Assembly: GCA_977018835.1 (NCBI GenBank) | Contig: OZ361257.1 | Span: forward strand, 620,001-684,000 | DNA: 64,000 nt | Source: Minutocellus sp. GHC0000111 | Taxonomy: Eukaryota | Direction of reading: 5' to 3' | Shown: positions 46,858 to 57,066 of the stretch, piece by piece | How the letters are laid out: every line of letters starts with the position of its first letter | How positions within the stretch are numbered: the stretch's first letter is position 1 | The notes under the pieces: model-generated | Database searches by the model: none | Seen by the model: only the letters and a program-made list of their open reading frames with translations | Told to the model about the DNA's origin: nothing | Made by a program: the position numbers and the translations under genes

Positions 46858-46993
46858 GGTGGTTCGAGTCCATCCGTCACATGGCATATTTTTGTCGCTG
46901 GCCGAAGTGGATGAGAGAGAGGAGCTTTCGATGTTGTTGCTTTACTTTTGATCCGCTTCGTTATGTTAGGAGTCATTTTCGATGAGATGGATG
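46858..46993 (+). repeat. Degenerate second copy of a tRNA T-arm plus 3' trailer (tRNA remnant); mirrored at about 51727-51862
   Basis: GGTGG-TTCGAGT-CCATC, T-run, then a trailer aligning with 46686-46777 (GGATG.GAGAGA.GGAGCT.TCG.TGT...TTACTTTTG.TC...TAGGAGT.ATTTTCGA.GAGAT). Confidence 0.7.
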
Positions 46994-47357
46994 TGGTGTC
47001 GTGCAGGCCTGCAGGCCACCTGCTCTAGCTACCGGTACATCGTGCATACCGGTACCTTTATTTTAGTGCCGATGCCAAACATAGATCTAGTTACTAGTAG
47101 TGTGGTGGTGTCGTCCCGCTAAGTATAGCTTAAATCTATCTATCATAATGAAAAGTTAGAACCAAATCCAATTGGATAGGTAGCTGCATTTGCATCAGTA
47201 AGAACGAATATCAATAACATAAAAAACAAGATCAAGTTACTAGTAACTTTTCAGGTAGATCTAGGATTACTAATTTGTACTACATGCAGTCCATAGGCCG
47301 AGATAGATGTAGCAAGTAGATCAATATCTAGCTATTATAGAACTCCAAGTGCATTTA

Positions 47358-47672
47358 TTAATCAACCTTTCTCGTAGCATGTCTGTTGTTTGCTGTGCAG
47401 GTAGAATTGAGCAGGGCAATCTTCAGAGCTTCGTTGCCATCGACGGTCAGAAGAGGTTCTCGAGAACGAGAAGTTTCCGATAAAGCGGCAAAGAGGGCAG
47501 GCGAATTCATCGATGATCCACTGGCGATGAATCGAGCGAGATTGTCCATGTCGGCGCACACACGTGCATTCTCTTGATCCGAAGCTGTCACCGAAAATGA
47601 TGTTGAGTACAAAGCCTCTGCCAACTGATTCCACAGCTGTTGCATTGCGTCGTGGTACATCATCGTGTTGGC
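47358..47672 (-). pseudogene. Duplicated 3' fragment of sppA inside the left repeat arm
   Basis: Identical translation ANTMMYHDAMQQLW...RKVD* to 51048-51362. Confidence 0.9.
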
Positions 47673-47682
47673 TATTTTTGCT

Positions 47683-48522
47683 TCATGGTCCTTCATGGTG
47701 AAACTCATTGGCATGGACGAATTCATAGCGCACAAACGTGAACCACGCTGTATAGGCACCGATAAATACAGCAATTCCTACCAAAGGCAGCAATATGCGT
47801 TTGAGACAGGCCTGAGATGCATCTACCCAAGCACTTGTCGTGTGAATTGTATTCACGAGGGCATTGTTTCGTCGAAACACCTCCACTCCCTCGTCAATAA
47901 CCCCCTGGCGCTGTTCCTTTGTCAATGAAATATCTTCATTCAAAATCTTTTTCATTCGCGCCATAACGATCTTGGGTGCAATTGTCTTGTCGCTCATACA
48001 AAAACACTGCACCCCATCATCGGAACCCTTCGATAATCCAAGGGCTTTCTGTACAATCTTCTTGATGAATTGACCTCCTGCCAAGATTCCAGCATACTGA
48101 TGATAAATGTAAGCCAAAACTAGTACTGGGTTTTCTTTCGACAATCGATCCAAGTGTTGCAAATATTCCTCCATCACTGGGTTTTCGCCATGGACCGCCT
48201 GCTCCAACTCCCCGCGCCGATCGCTTGTCAAGTAGAATTCCATATCTTTCTGAAATCTCGGGGCTCGACGAATGAGATCGAGCAAAGGATGGATCTTTCC
48301 AATCTGCTCGTGGTCCTTATGCAACTCGATAATGGCCTCAATTTTCGCAAATATGGGATAAAACAAGGCCAAGGCCTCTCCATACAGTCCGGGCGATGTT
48401 AGCACGAGACCAAGCTTCATGTTGACAAGCCGATCGGATGTGTCGTGAATTTCTTTGCTTGCGTCTCGCATGGATACAGTGAGGCTGGGCGCTGCATCAT
48501 CGGTATTATCTACTGCGGCCAT
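47683..48522 (-). CDS. Heme oxygenase with C-terminal membrane anchor
   Basis: MRDASKEIHDTSD (proximal His), RAPRFQKDMEFY, LAYIYHQYAGILAGGQ (distal helix), hydrophobic tail LLPLVGIAVFIGAY. Confidence 0.88.
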   Translation of the reverse strand: MAAVDNTDDAAPSLTVSMRDASKEIHDTSDRLVNMKLGLVLTSPGLYGEALALFYPIFAKIEAIIELHKDHEQIGKIHPLLDLIRRAPRFQKDMEFYLTSDRRGELEQAVHGENPVMEEYLQHLDRLSKENPVLVLAYIYHQYAGILAGGQFIKKIVQKALGLSKGSDDGVQCFCMSDKTIAPKIVMARMKKILNEDISLTKEQRQGVIDEGVEVFRRNNALVNTIHTTSAWVDASQACLKRILLPLVGIAVFIGAYTAWFTFVRYEFVHANEFHHEGP

Positions 48523-48752
48523 AGTGTGTCACGGATCTAGCTCTGGTGCCTTCTTGTTTGGTGTAGCAATGGTAGGAATCCTACCTCGTACAGAAGTTGC
48601 TTCCGCGCTTCCGCGAGGAGGGGAAGCAAGGCGCCAAATCTGCTCAGAATTCGACACGCGTGCGTACGTACGTTTTACGTACCTTGCCTCATTCATTCTT
48701 CCAGCCTTCCAGCCACCTTCCACCTTCCACCTCATAAATAATAACGGTACAA

Positions 48753-51362
48753 ATGGCCAGCAGGCTAGCCCATCGCCATCTGCCCCTGGGCGGTCTGTTC
48801 CGACGGGCGGGGTCGGCAGCCAAGACAGTATTTGCGGTTGCCGGCGTCTTGGCCCTTGGATCTACCGCTCTTGATTTTCAGCTGGAGCAGGAACGAAAAG
48901 AAGCAGCACTTCGTCATTCGTCCGACAATAATAAAAATGCCGATGACGAAGATGCTTCTTCTGCCGCCAAAGCAAAGAAGGAGCACCAGCGCATTCTGGT
49001 CTTGCCATTCTATCGGATGAAGATTGTGGAGAAGAAAAAGGCAAATGCACTGTCCTCTTTGGCTCCGCAGCTGATCGATCGGCTGGGAAGCGATGCCGAC
49101 TCCGCCATTCAAATTGAGGCGCACAACTTGGTCGATATCATCCATTCTGCAGCGGAAGACCCAGACATCGTTGGTCTCTACGGTGTGTTTGGCCACGGTG
49201 GTGGTTTCTCTGCTGGTGGATATGGGCACATTGAGGAGGTGAGATTATTTGTACCGCTGTGCGTACGCGTATCTATGATAGGAATTCCTAGTATCCTTGG
49301 TGGCTTTCGTAGGCAGCTCACCCACTCTTTAATCACTCACTGTCGTTATATTTTTATCTTTACGTGAAGATTCGCAATGCGATTCGGGTGTTCAATGAGA
49401 GTCACCGAGTCCATCGGGAGCCCAATCTCGAGCACAAAGCATTAATTTTGCCGAGGAATGGAGATGCGAAACCGACCTATGCCTATGCCGATAATTTCGG
49501 GGACCAGAAGGAGTACTTCCTTGCTTCGGCCTTTACTCACATCCATTTGCAGCCCCAGGGAGACCTTAGTTTGTATGGTGTTGGCATGTCGGTTCCCTTT
49601 ATTCGGTCTGCCCTTGACAAGTATGGGGTGATCGCACATGTGTTTAAACATGGAAAGTTTAAGAACGCGGCCAACTCATTGACCGAGACCGGTTTCACAC
49701 GAGCCCACAGAGAGAACACAACAGCGATTGTCCGTTCCATCAACCAGAGTATCTGTGAATCGATCGTTCAATCACGTTCACTGCCGGATAGTTTTAACCA
49801 ACGCATGTGGCAACGAATCTTTAAGTATGGAAGCCTTACGGCTGTGAATGCCAAGGAGCTCGGACTTGTGGATTATACTCCTAAGATTGACCCGCTGGAT
49901 GCCATCCTACAAGGAAATGAGAACGACGAGGCAATGAAAAAAGCAAAGGAAAAATGGGGCAAGGACATTGATGTCGGAAGCCTAAAGGGGACCAAAACAA
50001 TATCGCTTCAGGATTACAAATCAAAGCTTGTCAAGAATAAGAAATACGACGAGCGCAAATGGCTCTGGCACGAGAAACTTAAATTCCTAGCGGAGAAGAG
50101 CAGCGCAACGACGCAATTATTGTCGCTATTTCAATACAATGCACCTCATTACAATATTGACGAGGTGAGTAAAGTGACAAATTTTTATTGTGATTCCTCG
50201 CCCTAGCTTGAAAAAAATCACACATATGCTCCATTCTCATTCCTCACCAACAACCTTTCCTCTCATGTATTGATTGGTCCAAACATAGGATGAGTACTCC
50301 GCAAAGAAATACAAATCAGAAAAAGAGAAGATCGCCGTTGTGCATGTCACTGGCAGCATTATGAGTCCGATGGCCAAGAAGGTCACTGATACATTGAGGA
50401 AGATCAAGAAAGACGACGATATTAAGGCTGTCGTCTTGAGGGTAGATTCATCGGGAGGGTCGGTCATTGCATCAGAGGCCGTCTACCAAGAATGTAAGGA
50501 CATGCCAAAACCGATTGTTTGTTCGTTTTCAAATATGGCGGCAAGTGGAGGTTACTATCTTTCCGCACACTGCGATCGCATCTTTGCCCTGCCGACGACC
50601 ATCACCGGCTCGATTGGTGTATTTGGCGTGAAATTTGATGCCACCGGTCTTGCCAGAGATTATGGTGTGTCCTTTGAGCACATTGGGACGGGAGAGTTTT
50701 CAGCGGCCAACTCTTTGTTTCAGCCAATGACGCCCAAGGTGGAAGCAGCATTCAAACGCAAGATGAATGAAACATATGACAGTTTCAAAGCAATCGTAGC
50801 ATCTGGGAGAAATTTATCTCTCAAAGAGGTGGAGGCTAGAGCACAAGGACGCGTTTGGACCGGAAGAGAAGCTCTCGATCAGAGCCTCGTTGATGAATTG
50901 GGTGGATTGGATAAAGCCATATCGTATGCCAAAGTTCACCACACCAAGACGGGCAACGCCGAAGTCGAATATTGGCCAAAGCCGCCTTCTGTCACCAGTG
51001 TCGTTAGTAAGCTCATGGGAGGCGAAAACGATACTGATGCATCTGGTGCCAACACGATGATGTACCACGACGCAATGCAACAGCTGTGGAATCAGTTGGC
51101 AGAGGCTTTGTACTCAACATCATTTTCGGTGACAGCTTCGGATCAAGAGAATGCACGTGTGTGCGCCGACATGGACAATCTCGCTCGATTCATCGCCAGT
51201 GGATCATCGATGAATTCGCCTGCCCTCTTTGCCGCTTTATCGGAAACTTCTCGTTCTCGAGAACCTCTTCTGACCGTCGATGGCAACGAAGCTCTGAAGA
51301 TTGCCCTGCTCAATTCTACCTGCACAGCAAACAACAGACATGCTACGAGAAAGGTTGATTAA
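48753..51362 (+). CDS. sppA: Signal peptide peptidase SppA (protease IV, S49, long type); introns 49239-49369, 50165-50288
   Basis: YFLASAF, KHGKFKNA (catalytic Lys), KAVVLRVDSSGGS, MAASGGYY (catalytic Ser), TITGSIGVF, AQGRVWTG, LVDELGGL. Confidence 0.93.
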
Positions 51363-52747
51363 TAAATGCACTTGGAGTTCTATAATAGCTAGATATTGAT
51401 CTACTTGCTACATCTATCTCGGCCTATGGACTGCATGTAGTACAAATTAGTAATCCTAGATCTACCTGAAAAGTTACTAGTAACTTGATCTTGTTTTTTA
51501 TGTTATTGATATTCGTTCTTACTGATGCAAATGCAGCTACCTATCCAATTGGATTTGGTTCTAACTTTTCATTATGATAGATAGATTTAAGCTATACTTA
51601 GCGGGACGACACCACCACACTACTAGTAACTAGATCTATGTTTGGCATCGGCACTAAAATAAAGGTACCGGTATGCACGATGTACCGGTAGCTAGAGCAG
51701 GTGGCCTGCAGGCCTGCACGACACCACATCCATCTCATCGAAAATGACTCCTAACATAACGAAGCGGATCAAAAGTAAAGCAACAACATCGAAAGCTCCT
51801 CTCTCTCATCCACTTCGGCCAGCGACAAAAATATGCCATGTGACGGATGGACTCGAACCACCGCTCGCTGATGCACAATCTAGATCGACTGGTACCGGTA
51901 GGTACACCATGTAGCTACGTAGCTGGCTAGATAGCTAGAGCGCATTTATCTCGTCGAAAATCACTCCTACAAAGCTCCAAATTAGACCAAAAGTAATCCT
52001 ACACCGATAGCTCCTTCTCTCGCATCCTCCTCTGAAACAAAAAAAGTGATCTATGGCGGACTTGAACCACCGACCTTCGGGAGTATCCTCTTGAATTTCT
52101 TTTCAAGATTTTCTGGAATCCGATGCTCTACCAACTGAGCTAATAGATCACCACTGCTTATCGGCGCAATCAAAATACACATCCTGTACAAACATGAATG
52201 CTGCACACATCCAAACGCACGCACTCAAATTGCTTCAACCAGGAGAGTGGCCCGTCGTGTTCTGTGCGTATGTATTGCTCTCCCAAGTAACATCCGCTAA
52301 CGCCTCTGTAGTAGTGGGACAGTGGGACCATGAGATTCCACACACTTGCCCTCCCATCCGCAGTGCTAATATCAACTGTCGCTCTTCCAGGAGCAACGGC
52401 CTTTGGCCTCTTTCATTCCTCCACCTCACATGCATCATTTACAGCACCACCGCTGACACGGGTACCACAGCAATCTGTATCATCTTCGTGCATATTTTTG
52501 TCAACTTCGACGACAGCAACCAAGGGCAGCCTCCTCATCAATAGTAGCAGCAACAGTGAATATGATCATGCCCCGCCCATCGTCAATCCGTCCACTCGCG
52601 ACTTCAACTGCAAATTGAATCGCCTCGCTCGGTCGGACGCCAAGGGATCGGCACAAGAGGCGGAGTCCATGCTCCTCGCGGCGCTGGGCAGGGTGAAACG
52701 AGGAGACGATGACACCAACGACGTCTTTCCGAACGTGGTTTCCTTCT
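51048..52747. repeat. Right arm of 1.7-kb inverted repeat
   Basis: Reverse complement of 45972-47672. Confidence 0.97.
52047..52149 (-). tRNA. trnW: tRNA-Trp(CCA) with 30-nt intron, second identical copy
   Basis: Reverse complement of 46570-46672. Confidence 0.9.
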
Positions 52748-52761
52748 TCACATCAGGTTGA
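52330..52761 (+). pseudogene. Truncated duplicate of the PPR gene 5' end (143 aa; presequence plus first repeat)
   Basis: Identical to the PPR N-terminus except D>G; diverges after PNVVSF at the repeat boundary and stops 4 codons later. Confidence 0.9.
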
Positions 52762-52810
52762 ATGTGAGCTGATGCGTCTGACGAAGGGGTTATGAGCCCG
52801 AAACCAAGCG
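52751..52810 (+). ncRNA. Hammerhead-ribozyme-like core, incomplete
   Basis: CTGACGA (52778-52784), stem GGGTT/AGCCC, GAAAC (52800-52804), upstream hairpin CATCAG/CTGATG; no properly placed stem III or cleavage triplet found. Confidence 0.3.
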
Positions 52811-52934
52811 ACCCGGAGGCAAGTCGGCTTCAAAAGACCTTCAACAAAAAAAAGTGATCGTTGGATCTGACTGTTGGATCCATCTTCATAAATCACCACC
52901 GTTCAATTCAATCACAAAAGAACAACACTCCAAA

Positions 52935-53718
52935 ATGGCTGGCAATCCTCTTTATGGTATCATGTGTAAGTTTGTGCCTCGCCTGACCACTTGTTCGGAC
53001 GTAGGTTTCTGCTCTGGCATTTTTGGTTCGATTCAATTATTCGATGCGTATCCAGATGCCAGATGCCAGATGCCAATGACGGAACGACACACATGTGTTG
53101 CTTTGCCGAGTACAGTGTTACCTCGTCATAGTTAGGGTGTTCTCTATGCGGTCCGGCTACTATGTCGTATGGCTTCATTCGGAGGCTTTGCAGTAACGGG
53201 CTTCTCTCACAAACGCATTTTGATTTCTCTCGACATTTTTTGCAAACGCACACAAACAGGGATCATCGTCCTCGCTGTGGCATGGCCAGTAGCAGGACTT
53301 CTCGCTGGCATATGGATCGCAATCCAGGTAAGAATTGTTATCGATACTGCGTTTACTGTGGACGTTTCGTTTGCTACCACTTCGCTGCTGTACAAGTATC
53401 CCATTTCTAACTTTTCTATTCATGTATGCCATTTCGCAATTTTCACAAATGTACGCAGCCTTTTGAGGCCTGCTTCAGCTGCGCAAAGGACTGGTGAGTG
53501 CATTATGTCGCCTATACTATTATCAATGGGGTATTTTATATTGCGTATATCGCTCGCTCACTCATCACTCACTGAGATTAATTTTGCTACATCTTTCGCA
53601 ACAAAATATATTTCATGCCAACATTTCCAGCTCTGACTTTTTCGAAGGATTTGTTACCTGGCCTCGAAGCTGTGGAAAGGCAATAAATAATTGCTCTACA
53701 AGCTGCCCCAAACCTTAA
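52935..53718 (+). CDS. Small hydrophobic membrane protein, 73 aa, 4 exons (52935-52965, 53260-53327, 53459-53493, 53631-53718)
   Basis: Spliced product MAGNPLYGIMWIIVLAVAWPVAGLLAGIWIAIQPFEACFSCAKDCSDFFEGFVTWPRSCGKAINNCSTSCPKP; paralog of 6996-7671. Confidence 0.85.
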
Positions 53719-54413
53719 TCCCACAAGGCCACGCACAAGACTCTCGCCACCGCCTCACTGTATGGGAGGCTGTGATATCACATTTATTTTACGATTCGGG
53801 TTAAGCTGGTTATACTTCCCAACTGATGACACATCTCTGAGTGTCTATTGATTGGTTTGGGTTTCTTCTTGGCATGCAATTCTAGCTAGCATAGGTTTAA
53901 TTGCTACTAGGCAATTCGAATTGATCATATTTTTTGTGAGCTGTTGTCACACGATGCCCCAACACGGTGCAATGTTACTCGCTGCATTTCCACGTGAACG
54001 CACCGATTTCTCATTCTCCACAACCCACAGTACATCATAGCACAACTCAGATACTAAAGGGCACACCCATAGGAATTCCTATGCAATTATGCGATCGATC
54101 GGGAATATCATAATAAGTACGTAGCTAGAATATATTAGAGTGACAAGGGTATTAAAGTGTCGCTCTCGCCCACCGAACCTTACGCACAATTCTCATCAAC
54201 CGATTTGCAAAAGGGAACCTTTCAATCTCCCTGAAGATATGCACTATTCAATCACGCCGACTTGAAAAGCAGCATAGAGAATTTCATCCATTGCGTCACT
54301 GAAATTTCCTTTGGCCGTCTTTATGTCCAAGGCATCTTTGAGTATCAGAAATCAGCCATCACGCGCTCTCTCTCGCCCATGGACTCCTTCCCAACACAAG
54401 CAACCAAGCAAGC

Positions 54414-55125
54414 TTAGTTGAACCATCCCTTCTTCTTCGGCGGTTCCGGCTCCGGATCGGGGTTATTGAAGAACCTGTCCGAGGAATCGTCATCCTTGAC
54501 GTACCAGAAGTACTGAGCCATGGGGATGATGAAAGAGCCAACAACCAGAACGGCGATAAGGGCCGTGTACTTGCCCTTCTTGGACTTGACCTCCTTGGCT
54601 GGCTTGAAGGTGGATCGGGCGTCGTCGTATGTCTGATCGGTGACATCGACCTCGTAATCTCCGTACAGACCCTCGCGGGTCTCCTTCACGGCAACGATGT
54701 TGGTGGACGAGAAGGAGGGGGCGGTGGCAGCCTCGGCAGGTGGGGCGGCGCCGAGGAACACATTGGAGGCGAGGGTCGCCGCGGTGAAGACCGAGGCGGC
54801 GGCCTGCTTCACATCGACGGAAGGCTGGGTGGAAACCTTAGCCTTGGGCTCTGCGCGACGCAATGATTTGAAGGAAAGAAAACGTAATTAGATTGGAACC
54901 ATGCAACCAGCGCAAAAGAATCCAGTGAAGAAGATAAGAGCAACAAACAAGTCAGCGGATGGACATCAATTTCGGCCGAGACAATCTTTCACACGCAACC
55001 AAAACATGAGAGAAATCCGACCAGAACAATGGTAGAGGCGATATATCTGTCAACTTACGGGTGCCGAAAGCATCGACGTTGCCGAGGGCGGCGGCCAGGA
55101 GGAGAAGGGAAGCGGCGCACTTCAT
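54414..55125 (-). CDS. Plastid (probably thylakoid) single-pass membrane protein; intron 54851-55058
   Basis: Exon 1 MKCAASLLLLAAALGNVDA|FGT (ASAFAP-type), second hydrophobic domain ending AEA|A, TM YTALIAVLVVGSFIIPMAQYFWY. Confidence 0.8.
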
Positions 55126-55439
55126 GGTGTCAGTTTATGGGATGCAGTCGAATGACGCGACACGTCATCGTCTGGATGCAAAAGCTCCGGCGCCGAATTT
55201 TGGTCAATACCAATCTCCTGGATATGGGGCAGATGGATGAAGGCACCACAGAGAGCTCACCGTGGAGGCACACAGAGGGATAGCCATCCACCGAATGAGA
55301 GATGCCAGAAGAATCTACGGGTACAAACTACCGGTACATGTCGGAATGCTCCTTAATTACAATATGCATCGACTACCCCCACCTCTAGCGTACGGTACGA
55401 ATCGCCCTCAGGTATATCCCAAGGTTTAGGCGAAGGAAT

Positions 55440-56906
55440 CTATTTCTCCTTCTTGGTCTCCTCCTCCTTCTGGCCATCACCCTCTCCACCCTTGCTGTCG
55501 CCGCCAGCTGTACCGGTAGTCTTCTTCTCCTCCTCGTACATGTAATCCTCTTCATCATCGGCGGCTCCAAACAGCAGATAAATCATCGGCACCATGAAGA
55601 ACGCCAGGACGACAAACACACTCATGGGCATGTGATCAACGAACAACCTCTCGATCTTTTTGAGGTATGGATTGCCCTGACCCTCCTGATCCCTCTCCTG
55701 AATCTTCCCATCAACAACAGCCTTCAAAAAGTTCTCCACCCCCACCACAGTCGAGTTCTGCCAGTACTTTTTGTTGGATATGTCCAGCACAAACAGCTCC
55801 GGCAGATTGCCCTGCTCGATGGAGAATTGGCCAAGGAACTTGGCCCACCGCTTCCCGTCCATCTTGGCATAGATGAAGCGATATCGGACAGAGGCCGGTT
55901 GTCCATCCTTGGCATATTGTCGCAATTCCGCCACGAGGGCATCGCTCTTCTCCGCCCGATCCGGATCGGTCACCGCAATCGCCACGGGCATCTGCCGATC
56001 GCCAATCGCTCGAAAGTTGTGCGGCCCCAGCTCGGTCACGAGCGCCTTGTTGTGCTCCCGAACGTACTTGACCAGATCGACCGTGTTGATCTCGTGTGGT
56101 GGGTTGAAGAACTTGCCGTCGGCATCCCGCTCCAGCTTGGTGATGAAGCGCCGTCCGTTGGCCAACACCTGTCCGTTGGCCGGGGTGCCGAACTGGGCCA
56201 ACATTCCCTCGGATATGGCACCGGCAGCATCGTCGTCACCCTTCTTGGCGGGCATGAGCACCCCAAAGGTCGCCTCGGCCTGCAACTTGCGCGCTGCCTG
56301 GTGAAATACCTGCAAATACTTGGTGGACTGGACCACCTCCTCGATGGTCTCGCCCCTGGCATCGGGATCGTACGCCACGAATCCCACCCCGTCGCCCCCC
56401 CCGTCGGCCACCACGTCCAACGCCTCCACGTACGTGCCCACCGCGGCGATGGCATGACGGGCCATCCGCTCGCCAAAGTCAATGATGGAATCGGCATCGC
56501 GCTTGCCGGGATACATGAAGTAGTCGCCATCCCGAAAGATTTGGAGGGTGGGATAACCCTTGACGTCGAATCGGTTGCACAGCTTCTTTTGTTTGGTGCA
56601 GTCGATCTTGCCGAAGGACATTTTGCCGGATAGAAATGGTGCCACCTTGTCCAGGGTGGGGGCCAGCTGCTTGCAGTGGCCGCACCAGGGGGCGTAGAAT
56701 TTCAGGAACCACAGACCATTGGCAGGATCGGACAGGTGGTCGTCAAAGGTGTCGGAGGTGAGGTCGACGACGGTGGAGTGGGGGGTGCCGATTTCGGCGG
56801 CGTGGCAGTAGAAGGTGCTGGAGGAGGAGGGGCCGAAGAGGCACGGCAGCAGGAAGCAAAGGACGGCGGCTGCCAGAGGCCAGGAGGTCAAAGGGGATGG
56901 GACCAT
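55440..56906 (-). CDS. Membrane-anchored protein disulfide isomerase (TMX3-like)
   Basis: Signal peptide, FYAPWCGHCK thioredoxin domain, b-type domains, C-terminal TM and KKEK di-lysine ER retrieval signal. Confidence 0.9.
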   Translation of the reverse strand: MVPSPLTSWPLAAAVLCFLLPCLFGPSSSSTFYCHAAEIGTPHSTVVDLTSDTFDDHLSDPANGLWFLKFYAPWCGHCKQLAPTLDKVAPFLSGKMSFGKIDCTKQKKLCNRFDVKGYPTLQIFRDGDYFMYPGKRDADSIIDFGERMARHAIAAVGTYVEALDVVADGGGDGVGFVAYDPDARGETIEEVVQSTKYLQVFHQAARKLQAEATFGVLMPAKKGDDDAAGAISEGMLAQFGTPANGQVLANGRRFITKLERDADGKFFNPPHEINTVDLVKYVREHNKALVTELGPHNFRAIGDRQMPVAIAVTDPDRAEKSDALVAELRQYAKDGQPASVRYRFIYAKMDGKRWAKFLGQFSIEQGNLPELFVLDISNKKYWQNSTVVGVENFLKAVVDGKIQERDQEGQGNPYLKKIERLFVDHMPMSVFVVLAFFMVPMIYLLFGAADDEEDYMYEEEKKTTGTAGGDSKGGEGDGQKEEETKKEK

Positions 56907-56929
56907 CGTTGTGAAGCTGCAAGGTCTGA

Positions 56930-57066
56930 CAAGGCAAGACAATATACCGACCCAACGTAGATAGAGCAGCAAGGCAGTCAGTCAAGATACCGACCCAACG
57001 TCCAACACAAAGGTGGCAGAAGGCGGTAGATAGAGCACCAAGGCAGTCAAGATACCACCCCAACGT
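56930..57066. repeat. Three degenerate direct repeats of about 30-45 bp in the PDI/CDC27 intergenic region
   Basis: Core CAAGGCAGTCAAGATACCGACCCAACGT at about 56930, 56970 and 57039; the last two are preceded by GTAGATAGAGCA(G/C). Confidence 0.8.

Larger units (their letters stand above)
45972..47672. repeat. Left arm of 1.7-kb inverted repeat
   Basis: Reverse complement of 51048-52747; differences seen at 45985/52734, 46031/52688 and T8 versus A7 after the tRNA. Confidence 0.97.

Noticed and set aside
47358..47774. 138-aa minus-strand ORF as an independent gene
   Set aside because: It is the duplicated sppA tail joined to an alternative frame of the heme oxygenase 3' end.
45972..52747. Inverted repeat as the terminal inverted repeats of a transposon
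   Set aside because: The arms consist of host gene fragments and a tRNA; no transposase and no target-site duplication seen.
52820..52845. GGCTTCAAA resembling a tRNA-Sec anticodon loop
   Set aside because: The flanks do not form an anticodon stem and no T arm follows.
56930..57066. Possible CRISPR-like array
   Set aside because: Repeats are degenerate with irregular spacing, the context is eukaryotic and there are no cas genes.
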